From a virus, in IMG/VR virus record IMGVR_UViG_3300010970_000150, positions 24,288-88,287 of that record: a stretch of 64,000 nt of DNA. One strand, 5' to 3'. Below, in pieces: positions 19,206 through 28,894 of this stretch. Both the position numbers and the translations under genes were made by a program. Position 1 is the first letter of the stretch, and each line of letters begins with the position of its first letter. The notes under the pieces are model-generated. The model was not told the DNA's origin. It did no database searches and saw only the letters and a list, made by a program, of their open reading frames with translations.

Positions 19206-20192
19206 ATGACCACAGAAAATAATAATCAGGGAGAAATGAACGAATCCCAGTCGCAAGACACAAACAGTTCAAACGAGCAGAATGGTGCTCGCACTGCCCA
19301 CGACCTTAACAGTCGCTTGGCAGAACTACTTGGAGACGACCCACTTATCGCCCAAGCGGAAGCAGACGAAGCCGATAGTAATCAGTCTGAAGACCAAGAA
19401 TCAGAAGGTGAGCCAGAAACGGACACCAATACTGAGGATGGCGAAGAGGTTCATTCACAGTCCGAGGATAATGAAGATGAAAATGTCTCTCGTGGAGTAC
19501 AGAAGAGAATTGATAAACTGACTGCTAAGCGTAAGGATGCGGAAACGCAACTGGAAGCCCTGCGGAAAGAAGTCGATGACCTGAAGGCTCAACAGAGTGC
19601 TCCTAGTAAGAGTACAATTCTTCCTGATGTTCCTCATTCCAATCTGGATTCCGTTGCAGAAATCGAGGCAGAGATTGCCCAAGCACGAAATGTTAGAAAT
19701 TGGGCTGAGGCTAACGCAGAAGGATTTACACAGACTAACGAGGACGGCACTGAAACATATTATGACCCTGCCCAAATCAGGCAGATTAAGGTTAATGCGA
19801 TGAAGGCTCTTGAAGAGTCCCTTCCTCAGCGATACCAGTATATTCAGGCCAGAGACAGTATCGACCCTGTTGCTAATAAGGAGTACCCTTGGTGGAAGGA
19901 TAAGTCCAGTGCTGAACGGCAGATTGCCGAGAAGTTCCTGAACGCATTCCCGCAAATCAAGAAGTTTCCTGATTACAAGATGGTGATTGGCGACTATATT
20001 CGTGGTGTCAAAGCACGGGAAAACAACCTTAAGTCTAATAAGGCAATTCCGAAGGCTCCTACATTCCCTCGTTCAAGCGGTTCAGTGCCAACTATGAATA
20101 AACAGGACATTCAGAAAGGCAATGCAATGGCTCGTTTCCAGAAGACTGGAAAAGTTGATGACCTTAATTCAGTGATAGAAGATTACCTGTAA
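19206..20192 (+). CDS. Capsid scaffolding protein
   Basis: Acidic N-terminus, GVQKRIDKL coiled coil, upstream of capsid gene. Confidence 0.8.
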   Translation: MTTENNNQGEMNESQSQDTNSSNEQNGARTAHDLNSRLAELLGDDPLIAQAEADEADSNQSEDQESEGEPETDTNTEDGEEVHSQSEDNEDENVSRGVQKRIDKLTAKRKDAETQLEALRKEVDDLKAQQSAPSKSTILPDVPHSNLDSVAEIEAEIAQARNVRNWAEANAEGFTQTNEDGTETYYDPAQIRQIKVNAMKALEESLPQRYQYIQARDSIDPVANKEYPWWKDKSSAERQIAEKFLNAFPQIKKFPDYKMVIGDYIRGVKARENNLKSNKAIPKAPTFPRSSGSVPTMNKQDIQKGNAMARFQKTGKVDDLNSVIEDYL

Positions 20193-20212
20193 ACCCTAAT
20201 TATTATACTACT

Positions 20213-21241
20213 ATGGCTTCTCTAACAGAAAGAAATATTGTGAGCGGTAAGCGTGAGGCTCTTGCGGACATCATCTCGATGATTGACGCTAAGTCCACAC
20301 CCTTCACCTCTATGGCCCCGAAGGTTGCTAAACCTGGCAACACTCTCTTCCGCTGGCAGGTTGACTCCCTCCCGACTGTGACCGCTGAACAGGCTGGCAT
20401 TGTCGATGGTACGGATGTCTCCCCGACTGCTGATACTAAGAACTATGTCAAGGATGGCTCCAGCCAGTACCGCTATGAACTGTCCAATCATATCCAGATT
20501 TTCCGTGAAGCCGTCCGTGTGTCCCCGCTGACACTCGACATCGCTGTCGTGGCTGGTGTGAAGTCTGAACTTGCTAACAATGTGTCTAAGGGCATCGAAG
20601 TTACCAAGCGTAAGATTGAAAAGACCCTCTGCTCTGCTAACCTTCCGTTTGCCGATAACGGCTCGACTCAGGGTTACGCTACTCGTGGTCTGGACTCGTG
20701 GGTCAAGAATGACTTCACTGGCGACACTTACCTTACTGTCCCCTCGTCCTTCCGTACTCCTACTACCTCTATCTCGACTGTTGGCACTGCTAACCTTGAT
20801 GAGACGGCTGTTCAGGACATCCTTGCCTCCGTCTTTAACCAGACTGGTCGTATGCAGGAATTCGATGGTATCGTTGGCTACAAGTTGAAGCAAGCGTTCA
20901 CCAACCTGACCTACACGACTAAGCAGGGTACAGGCACTGCCCCGATGCAGGCTATCCGCACCCTCAATCGTGAGCAGGGTCAGAACTCCTACATCTCTGG
21001 TATCGATGTCTTCGAAGGTGACTTCGGCTCGATTCGCCTCCACACCTCGCTCTTCCTCAAGAACAACTTCTGCGGTTACCTGCTGAATATGGACTTGGTT
21101 GGCGTTGGCTACGGCGGCAATATCGCTCAGGTCAAGGAACTGACTGACAATGGTGGTGGCCCTGCTCGTCTTATCGAAGCCGTGGCTACTTGCATCGTCA
21201 AGAATCCGCTTGGCCTCGCTAAGTTCGACTTCTCTGCCTAA
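20213..21241 (+). CDS. Major capsid protein (DUF5309/SU10-like)
   Basis: REALADII...TPFTSM, WQVDSL, NHIQIF, DFG motifs. Confidence 0.85.
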   Translation: MASLTERNIVSGKREALADIISMIDAKSTPFTSMAPKVAKPGNTLFRWQVDSLPTVTAEQAGIVDGTDVSPTADTKNYVKDGSSQYRYELSNHIQIFREAVRVSPLTLDIAVVAGVKSELANNVSKGIEVTKRKIEKTLCSANLPFADNGSTQGYATRGLDSWVKNDFTGDTYLTVPSSFRTPTTSISTVGTANLDETAVQDILASVFNQTGRMQEFDGIVGYKLKQAFTNLTYTTKQGTGTAPMQAIRTLNREQGQNSYISGIDVFEGDFGSIRLHTSLFLKNNFCGYLLNMDLVGVGYGGNIAQVKELTDNGGGPARLIEAVATCIVKNPLGLAKFDFSA

Positions 21242-21243
21242 GG

Positions 21244-21612
21244 TTGATGGCTGACGACATCGTCCAGTCGTTGGTTGAAGTCATCCCTCCTCATCTTCAA
21301 AAAGAGATGGAGAGGGAACTCATCAACGGCTGGAGGATGCGTGAGTCAGTTGCTAAGGCTGAATCGATTCAACACGGACACTTCGATAGGTTTAATGAAG
21401 CCAGAGAAGTGGCTGGTCTTGGTAGGAAAGTAGCCCAAATCCCCGCTGATGCGTACCACTATTGGGGCCAGCGTCTGGGCTATGAATGCTGGAAAGATAA
21501 GCAATTTATGAAGGAATTTCTTCGTGACAACGAGCAGTGTGCTGTTCGTAATTATGTCAAGAAGACAGTCGTTCAAGGCACTGTATTCGGTGCAGATGGC
21601 TTCGCAGTATGA
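21244..21612 (+). CDS. Hypothetical head-associated protein
   Basis: Post-capsid ORF with IP..YHYW...W.DK.F..EF..DN. Confidence 0.65.
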   Translation: MMADDIVQSLVEVIPPHLQKEMERELINGWRMRESVAKAESIQHGHFDRFNEAREVAGLGRKVAQIPADAYHYWGQRLGYECWKDKQFMKEFLRDNEQCAVRNYVKKTVVQGTVFGADGFAV

Positions 21613-22379
21613 GACTTACCAATTTTTCACAAATCCTTTTCGATGCCCTGCAATTCAGTGGCAACGATAGGTACAACATTAGCAAGGAGACTTTTGGTCA
21701 ATTCCGAGACTTCTGCAATTCCCGCCTAAGAGAGGCTTGGGAAGGGCAAGAGTGGTCTGACCTTTGTCGTGTCGAGCAGTTCACAACTGTCTATGATTCT
21801 GCTGGTGTTGGTTACTTTATTCCAGCCACTGACTGTGGCGAGGTTCTTGGTGTATTTAACCTAAACCCCCTGCTTTCGAGCAGGGCTGTTGGTATGACAT
21901 ATCAGTTGTACGATACTGGCACAGAACAGCGTATTGTGCTTGAAAAGACTACTATCCTTGAAGGTTGGTATTATTACAGAACTAAAGTTCCTGTTTTGAC
22001 TGGAGAACTTTACGATTCTAGCATTCCGTACTACCTTGATTCTCAGATGTATTTTGATTCTGGTTCTGCTACTGGCACATATATGCCTGTAGACGGAAAG
22101 CCTCATACTGCTAATTTTTATACTTGTATTGATAATACATCTTCTGGTCAGACTCCGTTGACAAATCCAGAAAAATGGAAACTTGAAAAGATTCCTTATA
22201 TTTTTGCTCAATTTATGGCTTGGGGTGCTTGTGCTAATTGGCTTGTGTCTGAATCTTTATTCCAAGAGGCTCTTGCTATTGATGCTAAGGCTAGACAGGT
22301 TCTTGACGAAGAAATCGACAAGATTGTCAGACAGCAAAACCAGACACCTAAACTTAAATTTACAAACCCATACAGATAA
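21609..22379 (+). CDS. Head-tail adaptor-like protein
   Basis: Position and size in podoviral gene order. Confidence 0.5.
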   Translation: MRLTNFSQILFDALQFSGNDRYNISKETFGQFRDFCNSRLREAWEGQEWSDLCRVEQFTTVYDSAGVGYFIPATDCGEVLGVFNLNPLLSSRAVGMTYQLYDTGTEQRIVLEKTTILEGWYYYRTKVPVLTGELYDSSIPYYLDSQMYFDSGSATGTYMPVDGKPHTANFYTCIDNTSSGQTPLTNPEKWKLEKIPYIFAQFMAWGACANWLVSESLFQEALAIDAKARQVLDEEIDKIVRQQNQTPKLKFTNPYR

Positions 22380-22684
22380 TGTCCGCTTCTAATATCCAAA
22401 TCTCTTCTCCGTTTCTTAGGAAATTTACTCACGCTACTTTTAGCGTTGATACTACTGCTTCTACTGTGCTTGATGCGGCTATTACACCCATTCGTAGAAT
22501 TTCTGTAATTGTTCAGAATCAACACGCATCTGCTATCATTAAAGTTCGTTTTTCTGAGTCTGGCACTGAGGGTTTTCTTGTTAAGCCGTTTGAAAGCATT
22601 TCGCTAGATAACTACAACGGACATATTAGAATTAGTTCTGACACTGCCGCTACTCCTGTTCATATCGCCTACGCTACGGCTTAA
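22379..22684 (+). CDS. Small beta-rich virion protein
   Basis: RRISVIVQN motif, coupled ORF. Confidence 0.55.
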   Translation: MSASNIQISSPFLRKFTHATFSVDTTASTVLDAAITPIRRISVIVQNQHASAIIKVRFSESGTEGFLVKPFESISLDNYNGHIRISSDTAATPVHIAYATA

Positions 22685-23538
22685 TGGGAGTTAATTTAAA
22701 TTGGATTGGTAAAACCATTGCCTCTGGGCCTAGCCACAGTGGGTTTGGTTATATTGTATCTAATCCTAGTGGTATTTCGTACCCTGCTTACGGAACTGAA
22801 ATCTCTAGGACTTATTACACGCCCTATTCTGTTGGGTCTGTAATGGTTGTCGTGAATGGGGTAAATTACTACAGCCAGTTTGCTGATTTTGTTACATATG
22901 CTGATGGTGCTGGAGGCACATTTACGGCTTGGGAAAACATCAACACTTACGGATATAGTGGTGTTCCGTTTGCGACATATAATTACACTCCTCCGTATCC
23001 GCAGACATCATATTACGACTTTGGTGGATATATTGGAGGTCAATATACTCAATATTACACTTCTACAGGATATCTTTACGATGGTTCTGGAAGTTATACT
23101 ACAGAGAATGCTGGAGTTAGTTATTACTCTTACGGAACATATATTGCACAAAGTTCTACCGCAGAAACGATGTATTATAACGGAACTTCTGGCCCAGTTC
23201 CGACAGGCAGAAACGAATTAGTTGATTACAAGTGGGATGGTAGCGGTGGTTACTTCACGGCGTTTGCTGGCTACTCTGGAAGTTATTACTCCTACGGCAC
23301 AGTTGTTGAATACGGCTATACGAATATGTATAATTCCCAATATATTAATGGGAGTTATTATGACGATGGAACTTATACCAATACTGATGCTTGGATTCAT
23401 AACGGAAGCGGCAGTATCATCCAAGGAAGCGTTTCTGGGCTAGGTTCTTATTATGCTTACGGAACATACATCACATCTGATGGTATGTATAATTACTATT
23501 GGAATGGCTCTGGTGGATATTATACTGAAAATATCTGA
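22684..23538 (+). CDS. Tyr/Gly-rich repeat virion protein
   Basis: Five (D/N)G(S/A)G(G/S) repeats. Confidence 0.7.
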   Translation: MGVNLNWIGKTIASGPSHSGFGYIVSNPSGISYPAYGTEISRTYYTPYSVGSVMVVVNGVNYYSQFADFVTYADGAGGTFTAWENINTYGYSGVPFATYNYTPPYPQTSYYDFGGYIGGQYTQYYTSTGYLYDGSGSYTTENAGVSYYSYGTYIAQSSTAETMYYNGTSGPVPTGRNELVDYKWDGSGGYFTAFAGYSGSYYSYGTVVEYGYTNMYNSQYINGSYYDDGTYTNTDAWIHNGSGSIIQGSVSGLGSYYAYGTYITSDGMYNYYWNGSGGYYTENI

Positions 23539-23553
23539 CAACTCATAAACTTT

Positions 23554-23736
23554 ATGGCTTCTGAAACTATCATTCAAAAAGGCTGGACTGCTTTCGTCAA
23601 AGACGATAAGTGCTTTGGCTATCAAGAGTTCACAAGAGAGGGCAAGTACTATGGCGTTCTTACGCTTATCAATAAGCCCACCGAGTCTCAACTGAAGGCT
23701 GAACTCAAGCGTCTCAAAATTTCTCTACCTAAATGA
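23554..23736 (+). CDS. Hypothetical protein
   Basis: 60-aa ORF. Confidence 0.5.
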   Translation: MASETIIQKGWTAFVKDDKCFGYQEFTREGKYYGVLTLINKPTESQLKAELKRLKISLPK

Positions 23737-23840
23737 TTACCCTTATCCTTTCTACAATCACCTTTCTTGGTGGCGTTTATGTTGGTGCTCGCTGGGCTGA
23801 CAAACTCAAGGATATCTACTATTCCATCGTATCTAGATAA
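23733..23840 (+). CDS. 35-aa single-TM membrane peptide not in ORF track
   Basis: MITLILSTITFLGGVYVGARWADKLKDIYYSIVSR; ATGA and TAATG coupling on both sides. Confidence 0.55.
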   Translation: MITLILSTITFLGGVYVGARWADKLKDIYYSIVSR

Positions 23841-26143
23841 TGCCTAATGAATTCCTAAAGGACGGAGATATCAGTTTTGTCGGGCTTAACAGCCGTGACA
23901 ATCCTGCATCTTTGTCTGCTGGAATTGTTAGCAGGTCTCAGAATTTCAGAATGGATAGGGGTGTTGCAACCGCAAGAAAAGGTCTGCAACGCAAGACTAT
24001 TGGCTCTTTGGTTGGGCAAACCATCTACGGCACAGGCACATACATCCTTTCTTCTGGACAAGAAGTTATTGTTATTGTTGTTGCAGATGGTCTATACAGT
24101 TACAACCCGCAGACAGAAATTCTTTCCTCAAAGGTCTATTTCCCTAGCAGGGTAACAGGGAAGACGCTTTCATCTTCTGATTCGCTTACTGTTACAGTTA
24201 CATCAGCCGCCCACGGACTGCTGGCTGGTGCAAGTGTGTATGTAGAATGCAGTAGCGTAGGGTATACTGGATTGTTTGTTGTTTCATCTGTTGCAACAAA
24301 CACATTCACCTACACAATGCCCTCTGTTGCAAGTGCAGGGGCTGTGTCTGGTGTTGCCTGTAGTTATAGTGCCGCACAGTTAGTTACTACCCCAGACGGC
24401 TGTGATGTCTGTAATGCGTTTGACAAGGTTTTTATCAGTCGTGGCTTTGATAAGCGTCCGTTGATGTGGGACTTAAATGTAACCATAACTGCCCTTCCTG
24501 TTTCTCCTTCTTCTGGTCACCAGTTCCCTAACTGCTCTGGTCTGATGTTCTATGCAAATAGACTTATTGCCCTAGGAAAGCACCACAACGAGCCAACTGC
24601 ACTCAGAAACTACGACACAGTTTCCGTAAGCAACTTCCTAGATTATGAAATGTGGGATGCCCTTGATGCGTTCACCATCAACAATGGCGGCAACGACCAA
24701 ATAGTTAGCATCTCTCCGTGGACTCTTAATGAGTTCTTGGTGTTTATGCGTAACAGCATCTTCTATATTGGCGTTGGAACTAGTAGGTATATATCTGGAG
24801 ATGCTCTTTCGGCAGACTCGTATGTTAGAACCCTTGCTACGGACATCGGCTGTTCGGCACGAAAGTCAGTCGTACAGGCTGGCGGTGGCGTGTTCTTCCT
24901 ATCTGACAGCGGTGTTTACTTCCTCCAGCCTCAACCCGCTTCTGCGGAGTCGATGAAGTTGCTGACTATGGCTGACCCAATCTCAGCCCCGATTGACAAT
25001 GTTATCCAGCGTATCAACAAAAACTATGCCTACCGAGCCGTTGCTACTTATTGGAACAATCGCTATTACCTTGCAGTTCCGCTTGACGATAGTACTGTCA
25101 ATAATACTGTACTTGTATACAATTTTATTCTGAGGCAATGGGAGTCGGTTGATACATATCCTACGCTGGTAACTACAAAAAATCCCCTTACGGCTGATGT
25201 TTGGCAGTTTGGTGGCACTTATCCAAATTATATAAATAACGGGGATATATATATTCAAATTACTAAAAATTCTGCACTTCCTAATCACGGACTTGCTGTT
25301 AATGATTATGTAACTGTAAATTTTGCCAATGATTCTTATTCTGGAGCAACACTTGTTGTCGGGAAGCATCCACCTAACGGAACATACAAAGTATTAAGTG
25401 GACAGCCGTTTTCTGATGTATATTTTACAATTAAGATTCCATTAGACTCATTTGAGTCTCTTCCGTTTACTGGAAGTTACACGACTCCAAGTTATATTTA
25501 CACCTCTGGACTTAATCCTACCTTTTCAAAGGCAGAGTCTGTTTCGCTTAAAGATTTCATTGTTGCTAAGAAAAACAATCAAAGACGGATGTTCTTAATT
25601 GATAATGTGCAAGGCGTATTCTTGACAGAAGAACTAGATTATGATGAGTTCGGAGATTCTATTGGAAACCCAGTTCTTCCAAATCCTATAACTGGCGTTG
25701 ACACTTTAGCAAACATTGCACTTGGGTTATACGGAAACCTTATTTTGGTTTCATCCCTTACGGAAAGCGGTGCTCCTAACCCTAATGTAATTATTCTTGA
25801 GGCTTTGGCGTTTAGCAAAAATGCTATTAACGCAGTTCTTGAAACAAGGCAGTATTCATTTAATGGAATAAACGACAAGCGTTTCAGTTCCTACGAGGCA
25901 AACCTTCTAACCTCTGGCGGTGAATACATTGAAACATATGTAAATGTTCTTAACCCAGATATTTCCGTAAAGGTAGACGCACTAGGCTCTTCTTCACTTG
26001 AAGACCACAACAGAAGTAATCCTATTAGGAAAACAGGTTCTCACGCATCCATTAAGTTCATCTCTTACTCTAAGAGACCCTCTATTCGCTCTGCCTTTAT
26101 TTACGCCAAGCAACAAAACAAAAACAATTTAAACAAACAATAA
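23840..26143 (+). CDS. Tail nozzle/stabilisation protein (beta-propeller)
   Basis: FVGLNSRD...NFRMDRG, IGCSARKSV, FFLSDSGVY, NRYYLAVP motifs. Confidence 0.75.
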   Translation: MPNEFLKDGDISFVGLNSRDNPASLSAGIVSRSQNFRMDRGVATARKGLQRKTIGSLVGQTIYGTGTYILSSGQEVIVIVVADGLYSYNPQTEILSSKVYFPSRVTGKTLSSSDSLTVTVTSAAHGLLAGASVYVECSSVGYTGLFVVSSVATNTFTYTMPSVASAGAVSGVACSYSAAQLVTTPDGCDVCNAFDKVFISRGFDKRPLMWDLNVTITALPVSPSSGHQFPNCSGLMFYANRLIALGKHHNEPTALRNYDTVSVSNFLDYEMWDALDAFTINNGGNDQIVSISPWTLNEFLVFMRNSIFYIGVGTSRYISGDALSADSYVRTLATDIGCSARKSVVQAGGGVFFLSDSGVYFLQPQPASAESMKLLTMADPISAPIDNVIQRINKNYAYRAVATYWNNRYYLAVPLDDSTVNNTVLVYNFILRQWESVDTYPTLVTTKNPLTADVWQFGGTYPNYINNGDIYIQITKNSALPNHGLAVNDYVTVNFANDSYSGATLVVGKHPPNGTYKVLSGQPFSDVYFTIKIPLDSFESLPFTGSYTTPSYIYTSGLNPTFSKAESVSLKDFIVAKKNNQRRMFLIDNVQGVFLTEELDYDEFGDSIGNPVLPNPITGVDTLANIALGLYGNLILVSSLTESGAPNPNVIILEALAFSKNAINAVLETRQYSFNGINDKRFSSYEANLLTSGGEYIETYVNVLNPDISVKVDALGSSSLEDHNRSNPIRKTGSHASIKFISYSKRPSIRSAFIYAKQQNKNNLNKQ

Positions 26144-26144
26144 T

Positions 26145-27383
26145 ATGTCCCAACTTTCTAAAGGAGATACATTTGCTGACGGACAGCAACTCACAGCCGC
26201 CAGACTTAACCAACTCGTTGACTCTGGTCAAGTTCTTGTCGGTGCTATTACAGAGCAGACGGCTGTCACCGCTAACACCCTAGAGGCTACCGATGCAATC
26301 CTTGTGAGCGATGCTGGTGTGCTTAAAAAGGCTACTATTGGAGATGTAATTGGCTCTGGGCTTCCTATTACGGCTTCTTCTGTTACAACATCTGCTATCA
26401 ATGGTGCTCCTAATGCTGATGTAATTCTTACGCCAAACGATGCTGTTGTTGCTACAAGCAAGGTATTTACATCTGCTGATGGAATTACTGCTGTTGTTAC
26501 CTCTGTTGCTCACGCTCTTGAAACAGGACAAGTTGTTAACATCACAGCCAGCATTGCGGATTACAGCGGATTATATGCTATCACAGTTCTAACAGTAGAC
26601 ACTTTTAGTTACAAGATTAGACAAACTACACCTGTTGCCGCTAGCGGAACTTGTTCTTATACAAGAAAAGGAACTGAATTGGTTAAAGGAAGTAAGTCTT
26701 CTTTGTATAATTCTTATGTTGGTGGTTCTAGTACAATTGAAGGTTCTCAAATTGTTAGAGGAAATGAAAGCATTGATGGAAATCTAGATGTCGTTGGAAC
26801 GATGTCGGTCAAGGGGCAATCTACATTTACGCTTGCCCCTATGCTTGGGACTACTGCGATTAATCCACGCCTTGACTACTTTGTTCAAACCAGAACACAG
26901 GGACAATTTACTTCTGGATGGGGTGGTCTTCAGAATCTTGCTAATATATATGGCACTAAAATTACGCCACTTAACATTACATTTACTCCACAAAAGGCTG
27001 GAAACAAGGTTCTCCTTACTTGGACTATTTTTGGAGAATGTCAATATGGTTCATTTAATGTATTTCTTGTGACTAGAACTCCTAATTCTGGCGTTGGTGC
27101 TGGTGTTGCTGTTGCACTCCCAGACTCTGTTGACTCATCTAATAATACTTGGTCAGGCGTTTCTACATATTATGATGGAAGCGATGACCAGACACCACAA
27201 GTTATTACTGTAAAAATTATTGATAATAACACCCTAGATGTTGATTGCACTTATGCTGTTCATTTTAGGGCTTCGGCTAACGGAACTAATACTTTCTTTT
27301 TAAATAGAACCGTTACTAGTACTGGCAGTTTTAGTCACAACTCTGGTATGTCCCTAGGACACGCTCACGAAATCTATATTTAA
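26145..27383 (+). CDS. Tail fibre/needle-like protein
   Basis: TFADGQQLTAARLNQL N-terminus, beta-rich tip with ITFTPQKAGNKVL. Confidence 0.7.
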   Translation: MSQLSKGDTFADGQQLTAARLNQLVDSGQVLVGAITEQTAVTANTLEATDAILVSDAGVLKKATIGDVIGSGLPITASSVTTSAINGAPNADVILTPNDAVVATSKVFTSADGITAVVTSVAHALETGQVVNITASIADYSGLYAITVLTVDTFSYKIRQTTPVAASGTCSYTRKGTELVKGSKSSLYNSYVGGSSTIEGSQIVRGNESIDGNLDVVGTMSVKGQSTFTLAPMLGTTAINPRLDYFVQTRTQGQFTSGWGGLQNLANIYGTKITPLNITFTPQKAGNKVLLTWTIFGECQYGSFNVFLVTRTPNSGVGAGVAVALPDSVDSSNNTWSGVSTYYDGSDDQTPQVITVKIIDNNTLDVDCTYAVHFRASANGTNTFFLNRTVTSTGSFSHNSGMSLGHAHEIYI

Positions 27384-27808
27384 TGACACTTGGTGACCTC
27401 ATCGACTACATCAAGACGAACCGCAACAAGGGTCGTGGGGAAGCCTTTGGCTGGTCGGACGATGAGTTGATTACCTACCTACATTGGGCTGACACCTTCC
27501 AGTACCTGTTTGTTGTATCGGATGAAAATGGCTTTGCTGGGTGTTCTATAATGTACCCAGTAGCCGTCCCTGCCGAGGGCGAGCAAGCAGAACTAATGAC
27601 TTTTAAGGCAAATATCCCTCTTTCTGAGGAAGGTACTGCCGCCCTATGTATAATGGACTTTGTGGCATCCACACCTGAGGCAAAGAAAAGCCTTGTAACC
27701 CAACTTAAAGAACGCTACCCAAACTGGGAAAAGCAGGAAAAGTTGGCTTTGAGGTTTGGTGTAGTAAAGAAACTCTCTAACAAATACATAAACCTTTTAA
27801 CTACTTAA
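27383..27808 (+). CDS. Hypothetical protein (possibly GNAT-fold virion assembly factor)
   Basis: Position before internal virion genes. Confidence 0.5.
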   Translation: MTLGDLIDYIKTNRNKGRGEAFGWSDDELITYLHWADTFQYLFVVSDENGFAGCSIMYPVAVPAEGEQAELMTFKANIPLSEEGTAALCIMDFVASTPEAKKSLVTQLKERYPNWEKQEKLALRFGVVKKLSNKYINLLTT

Positions 27809-27812
27809 TATA

Positions 27813-28889
27813 ATGGGAAGCAAAAAAATCTCCGCACCCCCTCCTCGTAACTACGCTCAGGAAATGAAGGATGCCATCAACGCTCAAATCGAAATCCAGC
27901 CTAAGTTGCTGGCTAGCGAGAGAGAGTACCAGCCGCAGTACCAGAAACTCCAGCAGGAGATGATGGACAACCAACTGAAGTTCCAAGCGGAATCCTACGG
28001 CAAGTTCATCCCTCAGGCGGCTGAACTGAGCAGTCAGTACGCTACGGCTATGTCCCCTGTGTACGGACAGATTGGCGAGTCTGCTATGGGGGCTTACAGG
28101 CGTGGTATGGGGGCTGAGACTATGGGTCTGTACGATACGATGGCTCAGCAGGCTCAAGAAGGTCTTCAGGCTGGTTCTGGGCTTACTGCTCAAATGACTC
28201 AGCAGTCCCAGCAGGCGGCTAGGGCGGCAATGGCGGCTAGGGGTCTCACAGGCAATCAAGCAGTCGCTCAAGAGGTTCTAGGTAGTTACAATATGGGTGT
28301 GGCTCGTGAGGATAGGGCTAGACAGTACGCTCAAAGCACCTACGGACTAGGAGCACAGAATGCTCAGCAGGCTATGGGCAGTTACGGCAGTCAAATGCTT
28401 ACTCAGGCTAATGCTTACTCCCCTGCTAATATGTACGGCTCTGCCTACAATATGTCTCAGGGACTTGGTGCTCAAATCTTTCAACCTGAATCCCAATACA
28501 ACTCTGCTCTTATTGGTGCTAACCGCCAAGAGGCTATGCAAGTCAAGATGGCTAACCAACAGGCTAGCAATTCCTTTACCTCTGGTCTTATGGGTATGGG
28601 CGGTGCTATCATTGGCGGTATGGCTACTGGCGGTACTGGATTCTTTGCTAAGCCTCCCGTTCCTTGTTGGGTTGCTAGAGAAGTCTATGGAGAAGAAAAC
28701 CCCAAATGGCTCTTCTTCCGTGAATGGCTTGAGACATCTGCTCCTAAGTGGTTTCATCAACTGTACCTTGAAGAAGGCGAGCAGTTCGCTGAATACATTA
28801 AGAACAAGCCTTTCCTCAAGGCTATCATCAGGCTTTGTATGGATGCGGTTATCAAGTTGAACTACAACTCTAATCAAATCCCTGCCTAA
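27813..28889 (+). CDS. Internal virion (ejection) protein with C-terminal CWVAREVYG domain
   Basis: MGSKK...APPPR start, Q/A/G/M-rich body, GG-rich hydrophobic segment. Confidence 0.7.
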   Translation: MGSKKISAPPPRNYAQEMKDAINAQIEIQPKLLASEREYQPQYQKLQQEMMDNQLKFQAESYGKFIPQAAELSSQYATAMSPVYGQIGESAMGAYRRGMGAETMGLYDTMAQQAQEGLQAGSGLTAQMTQQSQQAARAAMAARGLTGNQAVAQEVLGSYNMGVAREDRARQYAQSTYGLGAQNAQQAMGSYGSQMLTQANAYSPANMYGSAYNMSQGLGAQIFQPESQYNSALIGANRQEAMQVKMANQQASNSFTSGLMGMGGAIIGGMATGGTGFFAKPPVPCWVAREVYGEENPKWLFFREWLETSAPKWFHQLYLEEGEQFAEYIKNKPFLKAIIRLCMDAVIKLNYNSNQIPA

Positions 28890-28894
28890 TTTTT

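Noticed and set aside
17288-21043. Long antisense ORFs (17288..18118, 18119..18835, 20222..21043; similarly 7995..8789, 34420..35268, 54586..55281)
   Set aside because: Shadow frames opposite well-supported genes, with no recognisable motifs
22684-23538. Diversity-generating retroelement target
   Set aside because: No reverse transcriptase and no template-repeat copy seen in the window
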